A DNA stretch of 63,983 nt, filler included, from Reticulomyxa filosa (GCA_000512085.1; 10 parts of 10 records of this genome joined end to end with filler, not necessarily neighbours in it), one strand, 5' to 3'; numbered from the whole stretch's first letter, positions 23,137 to 37,242 are shown. Notes: generated by a model from the letters alone, not told the origin. A program made the numbers and translations.

Positions 23137-25559
23137 TCACGTCAAAATTTTGGCAGTTTCAAAAAGATGACTGGAATAATTGAAGCGCTTAGGACGTAGA
23201 GATTTATATTCGAAATAGCGAACAATCCAAAGGAGTTTATCGATATCCTTTTCGTTGTTGCCAAGAACCAAGACAGAATATCCAAAATTGCGGAAGATTT
23301 GATTAGTAACATGTCTTTGTCCTGGACTTCGGAGCCACTCCATGGGTTTACCACTTTGCCAAGTGACTTGAGTAGGGTCTGCAAAAGTGATGACCACTTT
23401 AATGCTTGGAATGATGATATCAGCCAAAGCACACCAGTATTTGTCCAAAAAAAAAACAGTGCCACACTCCAAGTTTAAGCCATGAGAAAGCAAGTATTGT
23501 CGTGTGTTACGTAGAGAAGATCGTTGTTGACATTGCAGGACAAATTTGTCCCCCATGTATTGTTGATAAGTTTCCAACAAAGAAACGACCAAATCTTGTC
23601 TGCAATCAAGAGCATTTTTGGTCAAGCATAAATATTCATACAACCGAATTTGTTGAGCAATGGGAATTTCATCTTGCAAGCGGGAGGGACTGATTCGCCC
23701 CGATGGCAAGGTGCATTCTTGTGCAATATGCGTCAATTGCTGTGCTAAATCACTTTGCCAAGATTTATCCAAAGATAGCCCCATGACATGAAAAGACCAA
23801 AGCATGTCAATCAAATGTTTGGCATTGGTCCGATTTTTGTGATGAAACAAATGTGTGTACAAATGAAGCCAAATGGAATCTTCTCGATGAGTGACAGTAG
23901 CCATGGATACACACCATCGAACCAACATATCCAATTCCATTCCATGAATATGTTTGATCATTTCAGAGGCAATCAAGCGATAAAACAATTTGTGATAATG
24001 GGAGATGGAGCTCATGGTCTCCACCATTTGAGTTAACTCATCCACACCTGGAACATGGAGAGATTTCTCCAATTGGTCTTTTTTCCACCAGTCTTTCAAA
24101 GACAGACTGCGATTGTTTGTGACAATGGCTTCCAAGGACACTTTAGCTTGGTCGGTGAGCATACGTGTTATGTAAGGTGCAAAGATGTGAAATTTGGCAA
24201 AGACCTCCAAAAGAATTTGGACTTGGTACAAGTCAAACACGTGATGCTGGTTATGATTGTCCGATTTTTCCAAAAGTCCATGACTGGTAAATAAATCAAA
24301 GAGTCGGTGTTGGCATTGGATCAAATGATCGGTCACCGACCGTAAAAAAAAAGGAGGGACTACAAAGTCGCGATACAAAAGAAAGCATTGATACACTTGT
24401 GAAAATCCCAAGTTGCGTATTTCTGGTTTGATGCGACGCAACAGATACGCAAAGATATGATCGGCCTGGGAGTCCACTCCGCGCGTCGTTGCAGACGTGA
24501 GACGGCCATGACAAAGAAATCTACATCAAACCAATCTGCAAACCGAAACTCAACCAATTGTTGCAAAGCTTTCAAATGTTTGCAACCATTCATTTTTTCC
24601 AGCGCATACGCTTTCATGCAAGCATTGGGTTTGGTATGATTTGCATAATATTTCCAATTGAAAATAAACTCCATTTCATCCCACACCATATCTGTGGCAA
24701 TAAATGTATTTGGATTACACAAGTCATACCAAAGTTTACACAAATAGCTAATGGTTGTATCATCCACAGACATCTTATAATACTTCTTTCGCGCGCAGTT
24801 GTGTAATATCTTAAACAAATACTCATAACTCACTGCTTCCTTTTTTTGTACATATACACTTTCTAATCTCCGCAACAATCCGTCTGCACAACGTATATCT
24901 CCATCATGTCGCTGAAACATTTGCTTGCACATGTATACCGGTGCATACGGTAATACTCTTTGCAATATAGATGTATTGTCCAACAACGTTGGACGCTTCA
25001 ACACGTCTTTAGAAATAATTGCTTTGCCACTGGTGTCCACTTTTGCTAGTAGCAAGTCTAATATGCGCACAGAAGGGTCGATCCCATATCTCATCATCTC
25101 ATTCCACAATGGCATCACCTTATCCCTGGATTCTTCTACACATTCAAGCACATATGCAAAATGCCTACTTGTCAACTCGCTTGCACAGTTCGATTCTATC
25201 CATGTCAAACCTTCTCGACATGAGTCATAGTCTTTTATTCGTGCATACTCTTTCATCAAGTTGGACACTACTGCCACGTCAGCGTTGTTTCCTCTCTCAT
25301 CCCCCAATGCTAAGGACAACAACTTTGACGTGTCAAAACCATTTCTGTGCAATATGCAAAACGCTAACGATGCGGAATTGCTTTGCTTAAACAACTCTTT
25401 CAACCTATCATATGTTAGGTCATTTTCGTCCATCCACTTTTTTATTGTAAAGAAGTTATCGTCCAGAAATTGTGGCCCACAAGGCACATCTGATTGCAAT
25501 GCTATTGCTCGTCTTCCTATTGAAATTAAATAAGCACCCTTTCTGATCAATGCTTGCAT
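23137..25559 (-). CDS. Helical-repeat (PPR-like/FASTK-like) protein with C-terminal RAP domain, probably mitochondrial RNA-binding
   Basis: Basic N-terminus MQALIRKGAYLISIGRR (possible targeting peptide). PPR-like LWNEMMRYGIDPSVRILDLLL. C-terminal ADIIIPSIKVVITFADP...NQIFRNFGYSVLVL is RAP-like. The two ORFs overlap near 24480 and join if one G is added (EW|DSQADH). Confidence 0.6.
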
Positions 25560-25899
25560 TGTCTGTATTATCAAACAATAGCTGTATCTTTGAAAGATGC
25601 AGCTCCGTGATCACAGGGTAATTGAAAAGGGGCCATTCCAATCCAAAAACCAAACGAGACAACTACTTCCAACAATGCGTTGTACAAACTCGTGATTAAA
25701 AAAGAAAGCCTTTAAAACTAAAACAAAGCGAGTTTGAGTTACAAGCTCCAAGGGGACTGTGTATTTTTTTTTGTTAAAAAAAAACTTAAGAATCAAGCAT
25801 TCGGTATAGTTAATCTTTCAAACATCTCTTATCCGTCAAAAAAATTTTTTTTCCAAGAATACTGTTTTTTTTTTCCAGTAGTGGAAAAGTTGTTAAAAC

Positions 25900-28800
25900 A
25901 TGGTAATATATCTTTTTATCTTTGGTTGGTAAATTTTTCAGCAACAAAAGAAAAGTGAGGCTAATTGATAATTTGAAACGAAAACAAGACAAAACGGTAA
26001 CAAATAGAGCAATGACGATCCATTTGCGTCATTAATGAGTGAATTTGACTTCAGTAGCCTCACCAAACAGCCACCAGCAGCAACAGTAGCGGCAGGGCCG
26101 ACAATAGCAAAAGAGGAAGAAAAAGCACCACCAGTAGTAGAAAGCAAGACTAGCGTTCCTGAGAAAAGCGAAAGCGTGAACGAGGGACAGCAGGTGAATA
26201 CCATAGCGCAGGAAGAGAAAGAAAGTAACGTCAGCGAACCTCCAGCAACAGTAGCATTACCATTATCACAGAATCAAGGTCAAGATGTGGTATTGGAGTC
26301 GCACAAGGAGGAAGCGCTTCATTCCGCACTTGTAACTAGCGATAGTAATGTAGATAACAAAAAGCAAATAGATTCGCATTCAGACATTGAGCAAAAGGAA
26401 CAACAACAACAACAGCAACAACAGCAACAACAACGACAAGAAGAAGAAGAAGGTAGCAATAACAATAGTGGTAGTGCTGCCAATACAGTAGTAGTTGATT
26501 CGACTACGTATACTGCAGCACAGCCTTCTTTGGCGACAAAGCCAGAAAATAATGTCGACGTGAAGGCCGATTCTTTCTCCGCCATTACCACCACCACCAC
26601 CACTACAACTGCTGCTGCTACTATTACTACTACTAATACTACTAACACTAATACCAATACTAATGCTACAGTTCCCACTACATCAACATCGTTATTGCCA
26701 TCATCATCACCATTATTATCATTATCATCATCATCATCATCATCATTACCATCATCATCATCATCATTGCCATCAACAGATGTAAACACATTGCAAAAGC
26801 AACTGCTGGAAGCGCAACAAAAGATAGCGTCATTAACGACAACAGTGAAAGAGTCGCAGCAAGCAATAAAGAGCAAAGAGACGGAGGTGACGAATTTGAA
26901 GAGTCGCTTTACGGATATCAGCCGTCGACAAAAGCAAGTATTTACGGAAATGGATAAACAGCGCAAAATGGCATTGCAAAAAGGAAAGGAGTACAAAGAC
27001 TTGTACACCAATGCGACCAAAGAGGTTCAGTACTTGCAACAAATGCTGCAGCAAGAAAAAGTCAAGCGCGAGTCCAAAGAAAAGGAACTCAACGACCTGA
27101 CATTAATGCACACGCAATCTGAAAAAACCTACCAACAAATGGCCTCTAAATTGCAAGACACTTTGAAAGGAGAAAACGCTGCTCAAGAAGAAATGAAACA
27201 AGCTCAAACTGCATTGGACAATTTAATTTTGGTATTTTTATTTATTCATTTATTTATTTAAAAGGTCGTCCCCCCCCCCCTTTTCTCACTTTGCAATCCA
27301 TAAAAACAATGATAATGATAATAATAATAAATAGGTATCAACGATGAAAAAATCAATGCAATGTCACATTCGAGTAAACAATAACAGCAAAGACCAACGG
27401 CATGTAACAAATCTGATGATGTGTACATTAGAAATGCCCAACTACAAAAACAAAGGGGATCTGTCGGGGCACTTTGACATTCAGTGGTATCGCAGTTGCA
27501 ACACGGAGATGCTGCCGATCGAAAACGCATGTTCCGTAAACTATTTGCTTTGTGCGGACGACATTGGGTCGATGATTCAAGTGGGGATAATCAGCAAAGC
27601 AAACAAAGACGTGAAGGAACATTCGACCATGATCGGGCCCATCATGATCAACAAGAAATCGTCGGAAATGATCCACGAGTGTTTGGAGAAAATGTCCAAG
27701 CACGACATTGAGTTCCAACTGGTTCCCGACCCTACCGACGCCACAACCATGGCATTGCTGAGCACTCATTTGCAAAAATCGAAAACACTCGTGTTGCATC
27801 TGAACCGCCAGAAAGTCAAAATCCGAAATAATAAAAACACAACCGTGCAAAAAGAATCGTACAGTACTGGCATGCGAGTCAAGCTCCATGCGATTGGAGA
27901 CGACAACACTCTAAATGAAAAGCAGTCGTCCGAGTCTGCCGCGTCCGCAGCCTTCACCATTTGGTTGAAGCAAGGCCCGCAAGCATTCAAATTTTTGGCC
28001 AAAAGTTCGTTTGAAAGAGACACTTTGGCTATTTTACTGAGAACATATTGTCAACAACTCAAAGTTTTTATATATATATAAACATATACATATATGTATA
28101 TATGTATATATGCATATACATATATGCACATATATGTATATGTACGTATTGTCTATTAAAAAAAAAAAAGGAAGTCAGAAAAAATACAATCACCTTTGAC
28201 TTGCAAAACAAAAAAAAGAGGGTTTGGATTTGTAGAGTGCAGCTGACCAAGACATTAGCATTTATCAACATGTCCGCGCCGCAAATGAAGCCTCCAATCT
28301 GGCAGAGATAAACGGTGGAACCGGGCCGGCAGGAGAAAAGACATTGAGCAATGACGAAAACCTAATCTCCAAAATGCTCGAGCCGTACTCCAAAAATCGA
28401 TCTCCTGCAATCGGCTCGGCGTCTGCTGCTGCTGCTGGTCGCAAGGCGACCCTTAGCACCAGCGCGTCCGGAGTCTCGCGCGCTCCTGGAGACGCTGAGG
28501 CGTCGGTCAGCAACGCGTCTTGGGGAGACGATGGATCCACCAACGCCTCTCACATCGACGAGTTGTTCCCGTCGTTTGACTCCAATGAATTGCCTGCAAA
28601 CCCGAATCAACCCAAAACCAAATCGCATCGGAGTGCGGAGTACAACAATGTAGCGAATGCAAGTAGTGCTGTTAATACTGGCTCTGTTACTCGTCTTACT
28701 GTTACTACGCCACCAGCTTCGTCAGCTACAATAACAATACCTGCCACTGCTACCACTACTTCTACTTCTACTGCTACTACTTCTACTGCTACTGCTACTA

Positions 28801-30633
28801 CTACTACTGCTACTGCTACTACTACTACTACTGCTGCTACTGCAAATATCGCAAATGCATCTGCAATGTCAACAACAAGTCCTACGACATCGACTCGCGC
28901 TGCACGTGCGCCCACGGGCTCAAACAGGAACTTGGAGCCTGTTGCTGCCGACGATGCCAACGGTGGAGCAGACACAGCAAGTGAGGGCGGAGGGGAATTG
29001 CAACTTGGAGAAGACGAAGCAGACAAGTTGAGTAGACTGTTTTGACTAACTTTTTTTTTTTTTTTTTTGTATGACAAACAGATTAGCAGAATGAAAGCAA
29101 TGCATAACACAAACTATTGTCTGATGGATAAAAAAAAAAATAATAATCACAGGAGTGGGGCGTGGAAGAGAATGGAATTCATCGATGCGTCTCAAGCCAA
29201 AATCGCAACCGAAGAGGATTTGGCAAAGGTAGCGTTGGATATGGCTCCGGCACCTGTCGCAACCTCGACAAGGAAAAAGAAGCCGAAAAAGGCGATTGCT
29301 CAAAAGAACGGAGGCGGAGGAGTTGGAGCAGGAATAGGAGGGGGACTGGCTGCAGCCAAAGGAGAAGATACCCTCCAGATAGAGAATACCGTAGCCACTC
29401 CAAAAAGTGACGTCAGTGCAGATGAACCTGGCTCCAATGGAAATATCTCAGACTTGAGTGCGGTCGCTGGAAAAGACGCGATCAATGGCATCACAATAGC
29501 AATTGCGGCTCCGTCGCAGATCGACCACAGTGACGACGTCAAGGTGTCGACTACCGCAACGGAAGTGGACATGGTTGCAGCCACGTCCAAAGATATCGAG
29601 TCGATAAACATGCAGGCCCCTACGTTCAATGTCACCGCAAAAGTCTTGGATCGAATCGATTGCGTGCTGGAGAACGGAAAAGTGCTCAAGTTTCACACCG
29701 CCGGATCTTTAGCTATCAGCGTGAGTCCCATTCCTACCAAAGACATTCTCTTCGATATCAAAGTGGTGAATTTGGATCAGGCCATTGCAGTTGAGTTCAT
29801 TTATCCAAAAAAAAAAAAAAAATTGATTAAATCAAATTGAAATAACTTTGCTTTGTTTAAAAAAAAAAAAAACACACACACACACACACACAACAAACAA
29901 AACTAAAATAAATAAATAGTAAGAAAACTATTCTCTCCAATGTATGTAGGACACGAGAAAGGAGATTGCATTCAAGTAAAATATCCTGCCAATGAACAAG
30001 AAATACCTTTGCTGAAATACTCGTGGGACGTTGAAAATCCATTGTCGGTTTGTCCGGTAATGATGAAGATTGTAAAGAAATTCGACGAATCGCATGCTTT
30101 GCTGCATTGCAAATTACGATTGAACCCCAAATACAGCTCTGTCAATGTCAGCGAATTTTCCATCAAGGCCAAATGCCAACCCGACGGATCGGTGATGGAA
30201 AGATGCTCGGAACATTTGCCTGCTGAAAATGATACCCAATGCCAGTTTCATTGGTCCAAAGAACATCCACATACCTTTATGTGGAAAATTAATGGATTTG
30301 CGGGCACAAGTTTGCACATTTTCTTTTGATGATGCATTGTGTTTTATTTCCAAATTTGTTTTTAAAGACAGGGATACTCAATTCAAAATTATACACAAAT
30401 AAATAATAAACAACTCCACAGAAAAAGAAGACAAATCAGAACAATTTGAATTGAAAGCCAATTTTGACACATCGAAATTGATAAATGACTTTGACGTGAA
30501 ATGTTCGTTTTGTATTGAAGATTTTGGTGTTTCCAAAATCTCTTTGGCAGAACCTGACTACAAACAGAAAACAATTTTGCAAGGGATTAACCACGCTCGA
30601 ACTGTTCGATCTGGAGATTTTGTAATTCGCTAA
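25900..30633 (+). CDS. Multi-domain protein: DPF motif, coiled coil, Ig (AIR9/SCAB-type), PH-like, disordered linker, C-terminal mu-homology domain (muniscin-like)
   Basis: ATG|GT intron 25903-26007, then SNDDPF. Coiled coil about 26780-27230. FDIQWYRS...IENACSVNYLLCADDIGSMIQV is an Ig/A9-type motif. ..FKFLAKSSFERDTLAILLR resembles a PH C-terminal helix. MHD-like segments: NVTAKVLDRIDCVLENGKVLKFHTAGSLAIS, LLKYSW, FMWKI, and terminal RTVRSGDFVIR*. Confidence 0.65.
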
Positions 30634-31223
30634 ACAAGTAAAGAGAATAATACTTGGAGATTGTCTCGTAAAGGAATATGCAATTTGGGGAGTGGTTGTT
30701 TGAAATGAGTAGCGTTCGTGTTTTTTTTTTTATGTTTTTGTTCCACCTTTTGTTGATCTTGTTCGGTGGTTGTAAGAAAAAAGAGGGCTTGTCGCAACAA
30801 AGGGTAGAATGCGATGTTTTTGAGACTCTTGTTGAGTCTGCGAGCCCCTGTAATTTCTTGTTTGCCTATTTTTTGCTTTTTTTTTAAACTGAAACCCCAA
30901 ATTTGGGTCTCGCTTGTCAGGAAGTCCTTTTTTTTTTTTTATCATCTGAACGTTAAAATCGAAACACTGACAGTGTTTTTAAATCACTCTTGTGACTTTG
31001 ACTTCTTTGGCAACAAAAACTTTACTGTGTCGATAAAGAAAAGTTATGTTTCGGCTGACATTATGTGCCCTACAACTGTTTTTACAGAATAAAAAGTTAA
31101 CCACAGCCAAATTTGAAAACAATTGCAGGCACCTTCCGTGATATATATAAAAAAATCTAATAGAGGCTTTGGTTGATCTCATTTGCACAAAATAAAAGGA
31201 TTTGTTGAATCTCTTCAAATAAC

Positions 31224-32243
31224 ATGGGAACAGCATGCTCACCAGGAACAGATAATCAAACACAAGAAACAAACATGGAGAGGCCCGCAACAAAGAGTGA
31301 CGGAGGTGAAGATGAAACGGGAATGTTAGCAGTTACGCCAGAACAGTTAAAAGCAATGACAGATCAGATAATCGAGTTGAGCGGCAGAACAGCACATTTA
31401 GAGCAGCAGCTGGAAGAAGAAAAAGTTCGCTATCTGAAATTAGAGGAGCGGCATTCACAATTGGAAACAGATCTATCGAGTGACAGGACAGTGGAGAAGA
31501 ACGCTTCAGAAGTGGTGTATTTTAATAATCAGATCTGCCAAGGTCTAGGGTCGTTGTTCAAAACTTTTTTGACTGCAGAAGAGAGAAATTCTGAATTTTC
31601 AGAGGATGAATTATCGACAGTGATCATTAGCGACTTGCTCATTGACAAATTTAATTTGAAAGGCATATGCATCTTTTTTGTGTGTTGTTTATATTATTTG
31701 TGAGCGCAACGATAAGGAATCACCTCAAATTCTAAAAAAAAAAAAAAAAATCAGATCACTTATCTTATAATGAACTGACAACTATGCAACGAATACTTAA
31801 CTATTACAGTCCATCGATTGAAGTTACAAATTTTAAAAAATTGTAACAACGTAAAGTGCTGAAAAACTGAATTTTTTTTTAATACATACACATATACTTT
31901 ATATGCATAGGCAAAAAATGACTTGGTTTTAATATTTGAACGCGAATTGAATGACATCAATCGTGACACTTTGCACAAAGCCGTCCTCATTGCGCTGATG
32001 TATGGGTGGCTCACTTCAAAAGCAACTAACGAATTGCAATCTGTAGATGAGGTACTGTTGTGTAAATCTCAATTTTGTGTGGTCACTATGTTTTGTGCAT
32101 TAATATACTTTTGATAGTTGGAATGGAAAACGATTTTTGGCTTGGTTCATCACTTTCATCAAACATCTCAAACGTTTCATGAACTGCTTCAAACTGTGAA
32201 ATCAGAACTCAAATTGTTGGCTCATATTCAAACCCTTAACTGA
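31224..32243 (+). CDS. Small coiled-coil protein with predicted N-myristoylation (MGTACS), about three exons
   Basis: ORFs 31224..31703 and 31923..32114 plus a final exon LEWKTIFG...IQTLN* ending at 32243. MGxxxS start. Confidence 0.6.
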
Positions 32244-32878
32244 TTAAGATATTATATATGCCAGTTTAACTTCTTGTTGGTTTTTGAGCTTTAGTGATTT
32301 TGTGTTTGTTTTGACAAATTTTCTTCTTTGATCAAATCACAAACATTCAAACTTTGTTCAAACTTTTAATCAAATTTTTCACATAACATATGCTTTCGCT
32401 GTAAAACTTTTATCGAATCCAAATATACTTTTTTAATATTAATCTAAAAACAATCAACTACAAAAAAACAGAGATCCAAATTAAATATAATTTCAGATGT
32501 TTCTAAGTAACAATAGGATACGCAAGCTTTAGTCGACACTCCAAAATTTCGATCTGCTCACCCAAAACTTACTTTTTGTGACACACAAAAATGTTCCTTC
32601 TCAGAAAGACTGCTTTCTTTTCATTATTTATAATGGCATGTATTTAAATTAAAGCGCTGATAAATAAAGTAATACTATACAAATGTTAATTTGTGAATAT
32701 TTTTTTAAATTGAGATCTATTATTTTGCAATATAATAATTTCTTTTTAAATAAATTTAAAAGAAATTAAAAAGGTAAAGGTCCGTGACAATCTTATATTT
32801 TTTGTCAAGATGTTTTGAAACACAGCACTGTTAGTCGGATGTTTTAAATTTTTTTCCTTTCGACATCATCTAATTCTT

Positions 32879-34594
32879 ATGATGACATCTGCTGCACGCA
32901 GTTACACTAAGGGAGACAAAACCAGGCATATTACTAACAAATATCCGCCGTCATCTACTGGTTTTAAAGTCTCCTTGCCTTCCACCGAAAATTTACAGTC
33001 GAGCAAAGCGCTCGGTTTTACTGAATCGACTATATTAATCCGTTGTTTTTGTGGGATCTGTGTTGGGTTTGTAATGCTCTGTGGATGTTTGATAGTATTG
33101 ATGAATTTATATGATCGGCTAGAAAATAATGGGAATGTAACAACACCTATCTGGTATGAGCCCCAAGAAGAGACCAGGAACAAAAAAATCACCGATGAAG
33201 AAAGAGGGCAGCAAATGAATGAAATGGCATTTAATAAAATGGGAGAAATTGTAGAAGCAGTATTTGTGAAGGTAGAACAATATTTCCAGAAAGAGAACAA
33301 CACATTGTATCCAGTGTTGAGATACGACTATGAATTGCATTGGTGGACAAATGGTTGGACTGAGCGCGACATAAGTGAAAATGAGCCACATATTGGCATA
33401 GTCACGCAGTGTAGCATCGATCGTTTACCGATGCTGAAGTCCATGTTATTGAGATGGACAGGTAGCTTACTTTATATTGTTTTATTCTGTAAACAAATAA
33501 GCAGAGAAAAAGAGAAAGAGGCTCTTTGCAATCTTTATTCTTTGTTTCTCTCTCCAAAGAAAATGCTGTGTTGAAATTGTGTAGGGAGTGTAAATGTGGC
33601 ATTATATTTATCAACGGAACAGAACACAAATGGGACAAGAGTGTATTTGCGAGAGTATTTCGATTTATTATACGAGACACATTTATCAGCACAAATGAAA
33701 AGGAGGCAATTCAATGTGGCACTGGTATATCCCCCGACCAAACCAAAGTGGTCTACGAGTAGCGTAACAAATGACAATGGAATACGTCGTCCGATACGTA
33801 CGTTAGACAAGTCCATGTTCTCTTTCGATACGCCAGTGTATCCAAACACGACAATCAAACGTCCCAAAAATCATCCGAAAGACATATTGTCACTATTGCT
33901 ATCGCAACAACAACAATCACAGTTATTTGCAAGGAAGAAAGTAGGAGTGCTAACGTATATCTATCTCTCTCTCTCTCTCTTTCTTTGTGTACATATATGT
34001 ATATGTACATATATAGGTATACACAATCAATCAAAGATCACAATCAATGGAAAGCTGCAGTGCAAGAGATGATAAAGTTTGTGGAACAAGAATTACATCA
34101 GTACACAATGTACCCAATCAATACACTTCGAAACATTGCATTGTCGATGTGTCAAAGTCAGTTTGTGTTTTTGGTGGATGTGGACTTTGTTCCGTCGTTC
34201 AATTTACACGACAATGTAATGAGTAGCGTTTTTTTTAAGCAGTTGTTTGCACCACCTCACGAAAGCGATCAAATACAAATGTGGGACAAGGTGTTTTTTC
34301 GTAAAGCAGATAATGTTGCATTGGTTATACCTGCGTTCGAATGGAATATTCCAACAGAGCAACAAAGTCAATTTACCATCCCACAAGCTTTGAAGACCAC
34401 TTTATCCTTCAATCCAAGTAATGAGAGTATCCTCCCCAAATCGCCTATTGATATACTTCAGCTCCTAGCAATGCAATGGGTCAGACCCTTCCATGTCTTG
34501 CGATGTATCCATTGGTATTTACTTTGTACTTTTTTTTAAACTGTCTAACAAACACGTATACATTTATTCTACTTTCCTCTTTCCCTCCCTCCCC
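32879..34594 (+). CDS. Glycosyltransferase family 49 (LARGE/B4GAT1-like), type II membrane protein, 3' truncated
   Basis: TM helix ILIRCFCGICVGFVMLCGCLIVLM. Motifs IVTQCSIDRL..L..RWTG|SVNVALY, YPINTLRNIAL, FVFLVDVDFVPS (DxD) and ALVIPAFE. Confidence 0.88.
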
Positions 34595-34694
34595 NNNNNN
34601 NNNNNNNNNNNNNNNNNNNNNNNNNNNNNNNNNNNNNNTTAATTAATTAANNNNNNNNNNNNNNNNNNNNNNNNNNNNNNNNNNNNNNNNNNNN

Positions 34695-36601
34695 GTGCTA
34701 TTCTTGTTATTGTTGTTGTTGTTATTGCTGGTATCGATATGTTGAAATGCAAAGTGAACAATTACACCAACGATCTCTGGAGGGAGCTTAAAGGGACAAG
34801 TATCCAATTGAAAGACATGAAAGCACATTTCAATGGATTGATAAAGCATGTCTTCATTGGCAATGAGCAAATCAATTAATTCGGTATATTCTCGATTGTA
34901 TTCAGTCAGTCGTGCTATAGCGCCAGTGCTACCGGTAATATTCTGATCAGCAACAGCAGTATCAGTAACAGAAGAAGAAGAAGAAAGGATAGAAATTGGA
35001 CTACTTTCAATTTGATGATCGATATCTTGTTCATTCTTTTCATCTTTATCTTTGGAAAGAGCATTGGAAGAAGAAGAGGTAGTCAACAAACAGATATCGG
35101 CAAATGAGTAATTGAACGACAGCAATCGCTTCAAAGTATGAAATTTCCAAGGCTAAGACATTGCAATTCAATACAACGCAATTGGCTATGATTTGCATTT
35201 AAGCCTTTGAGAAGTGCATTCCAAAATGAAGTTTTCGGAACAAAGGCGAGATTCCAAGACAAGGCAAATTCTTGCAAAGAAGGATGCTTGGCAATATGCT
35301 CTCCCAAAGTGGCAAAGCATTTTCCTTGATGATTTAACAAAATGCGTTGAATGAACACTTTTTGCAAATGCAAATTTTGCGATTGAAATAGCAAAGGAAT
35401 GATATGTTGCAAAAAGTGTTCGTCAAAGCCAGAATACTTGAACCACACGCAACGCAAAGAATATTGTTTCCATTGCAAAAAGGTTTGTAATTCCATTGCA
35501 AACCAATGCAATTCCTCAATGACATCTTTGGATTCCAATAATGACACATCTGACAAAAGCCATGATACAAATTTCAATTCACTGAACAATAACAATTGTC
35601 TGTTCGTATCTGTTTGAGTCCTGCCATTGTTTTTATTCATTGCCCGCAATAACCTTGCCAACACCAATGCGTGAATTAATTGTTTTTTATTCGTTTGATT
35701 GAAGCATTTGAATTATTCTTTGGATTTTCCATCATTGTCGATGACACAATATCATCAACAGCAGTAACAGTCAGATTTTTGACCTCATGTTCCATTTCCA
35801 TTGTGGTTGTATTCACATTGACATCAATGTCCACATTAGCGTCAGCTACATTGCTGCCAAAAAAGAAGGCACTTGCAATTTGATCTCAACGCAGCGAATG
35901 CAATTCGTATATGCCAACCAATTCTCCAAACATTGCCATGGCTCTTTCAATCGATTGAAAGACTCAATGGCATTGCTGGCCAATGTCAAAGACATGTTCA
36001 AATACATATCTTCACTCTCCTCACTTTTGCTCTTCCATTTACTTAGCTTTTCTTGTCTTTGCTTACAAAATTGCATATACTTGATGTTCACCAATTCCAA
36101 CCATTTCGTGTACAATCCTTCCATCCAACTATTCTTTGTACATGAAAAACTCAAATGCAGTCCATACCAATGATTATTCGTTTTGTTTTCATTTTCGTCA
36201 TCACCATCATTATTCTTTTTTGCATTTGAATGTTCAAAGTCTTCTGTTTTTGTTATTGTCTTTTGATCATCAATCAATTCGCTCACCTTATTGATAAACT
36301 GATTTTGCTCTTGTGTCATTGATACCCATCCCTGTTCCATGTGAGAACCCTCTAAGTGCAAATATACATCTTTTATTGCGTATCTACTCAATTCTTTCAA
36401 CATCTCTGATAATACCTCCAATGAGTCGTTCCCAAGGATACATACTATTCTCACTGTATCCAATGGTCCTTTTTTCAGTTGCCCTTTTAGTTCTCCTATT
36501 ATCTCTTCCCAACTTTGCTCTGGGATATCCACTAGCAAGGACGTTGCTGAAGAATTCACAGCTATAAATGGAGAAAGCGTTTGTGAAAAGCCAATATTCA
36601 T
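34695..36601 (-). CDS. Hypothetical protein, possibly with degenerate LRR/RNI-like repeats
   Basis: Three collinear ORFs (35846..36601, 35131..35667, 34643..35134) with L-periodic segments (SLQEFALSWN, QLRCIELQCL). 3' end cut by the spacer. Confidence 0.45.
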
Positions 36602-37242
36602 TTTTTTTCTCCTAGTCTATAAAGCAAATTTATTTTTAAGTGGACCCTTCGAAAAAGAACGGAAATTTCAAGTTTAGTACGTGCTCGTACTCAAACTGAT
36701 TTTTGTAGCTTTACTTTATGTAAAAAAAAAGATAATCACTGTGAGTACTTGAGTAAGAAAAAAGGGTATTACGTCATACGTAGAATTAAGTTGTCCCTTT
36801 TTATTGACATCAATAAATAAGCAATGAAATCAGGTACAGACACTATTTGTTGGTATTGTTTAGAGTAAGGAGTCATCACTATTGACAAATAATAACAAAA
36901 AAAGGAAGTGGTAATAATGGAGTATCCGCTTTGCGACTAAGCGAAGGTAATAACAAAGCATAAAGTGAACACTTGATAGCAAAAAAAAAAAGGATAATAT
37001 TTTTTGACAAAAAAAAAATCTGAAATTAGAATATGAAAAATTGAGCAGAGATTGGATTATATCAAACGAGTTTTTCCTGCCAATCAGTGACACAACTCAA
37101 AAAAAAGAGCAAGAAAATTGGAATGAAGTTTATAGTTTTTTTTTCTCTCTTTAAACAATAAATAATTAATTTACTGCATGCAACAAATGAAAAGGGAAAG
37201 ACAGATCTCCTTTGTTTTGAAAAACATGGACTTTGTGGAGGA

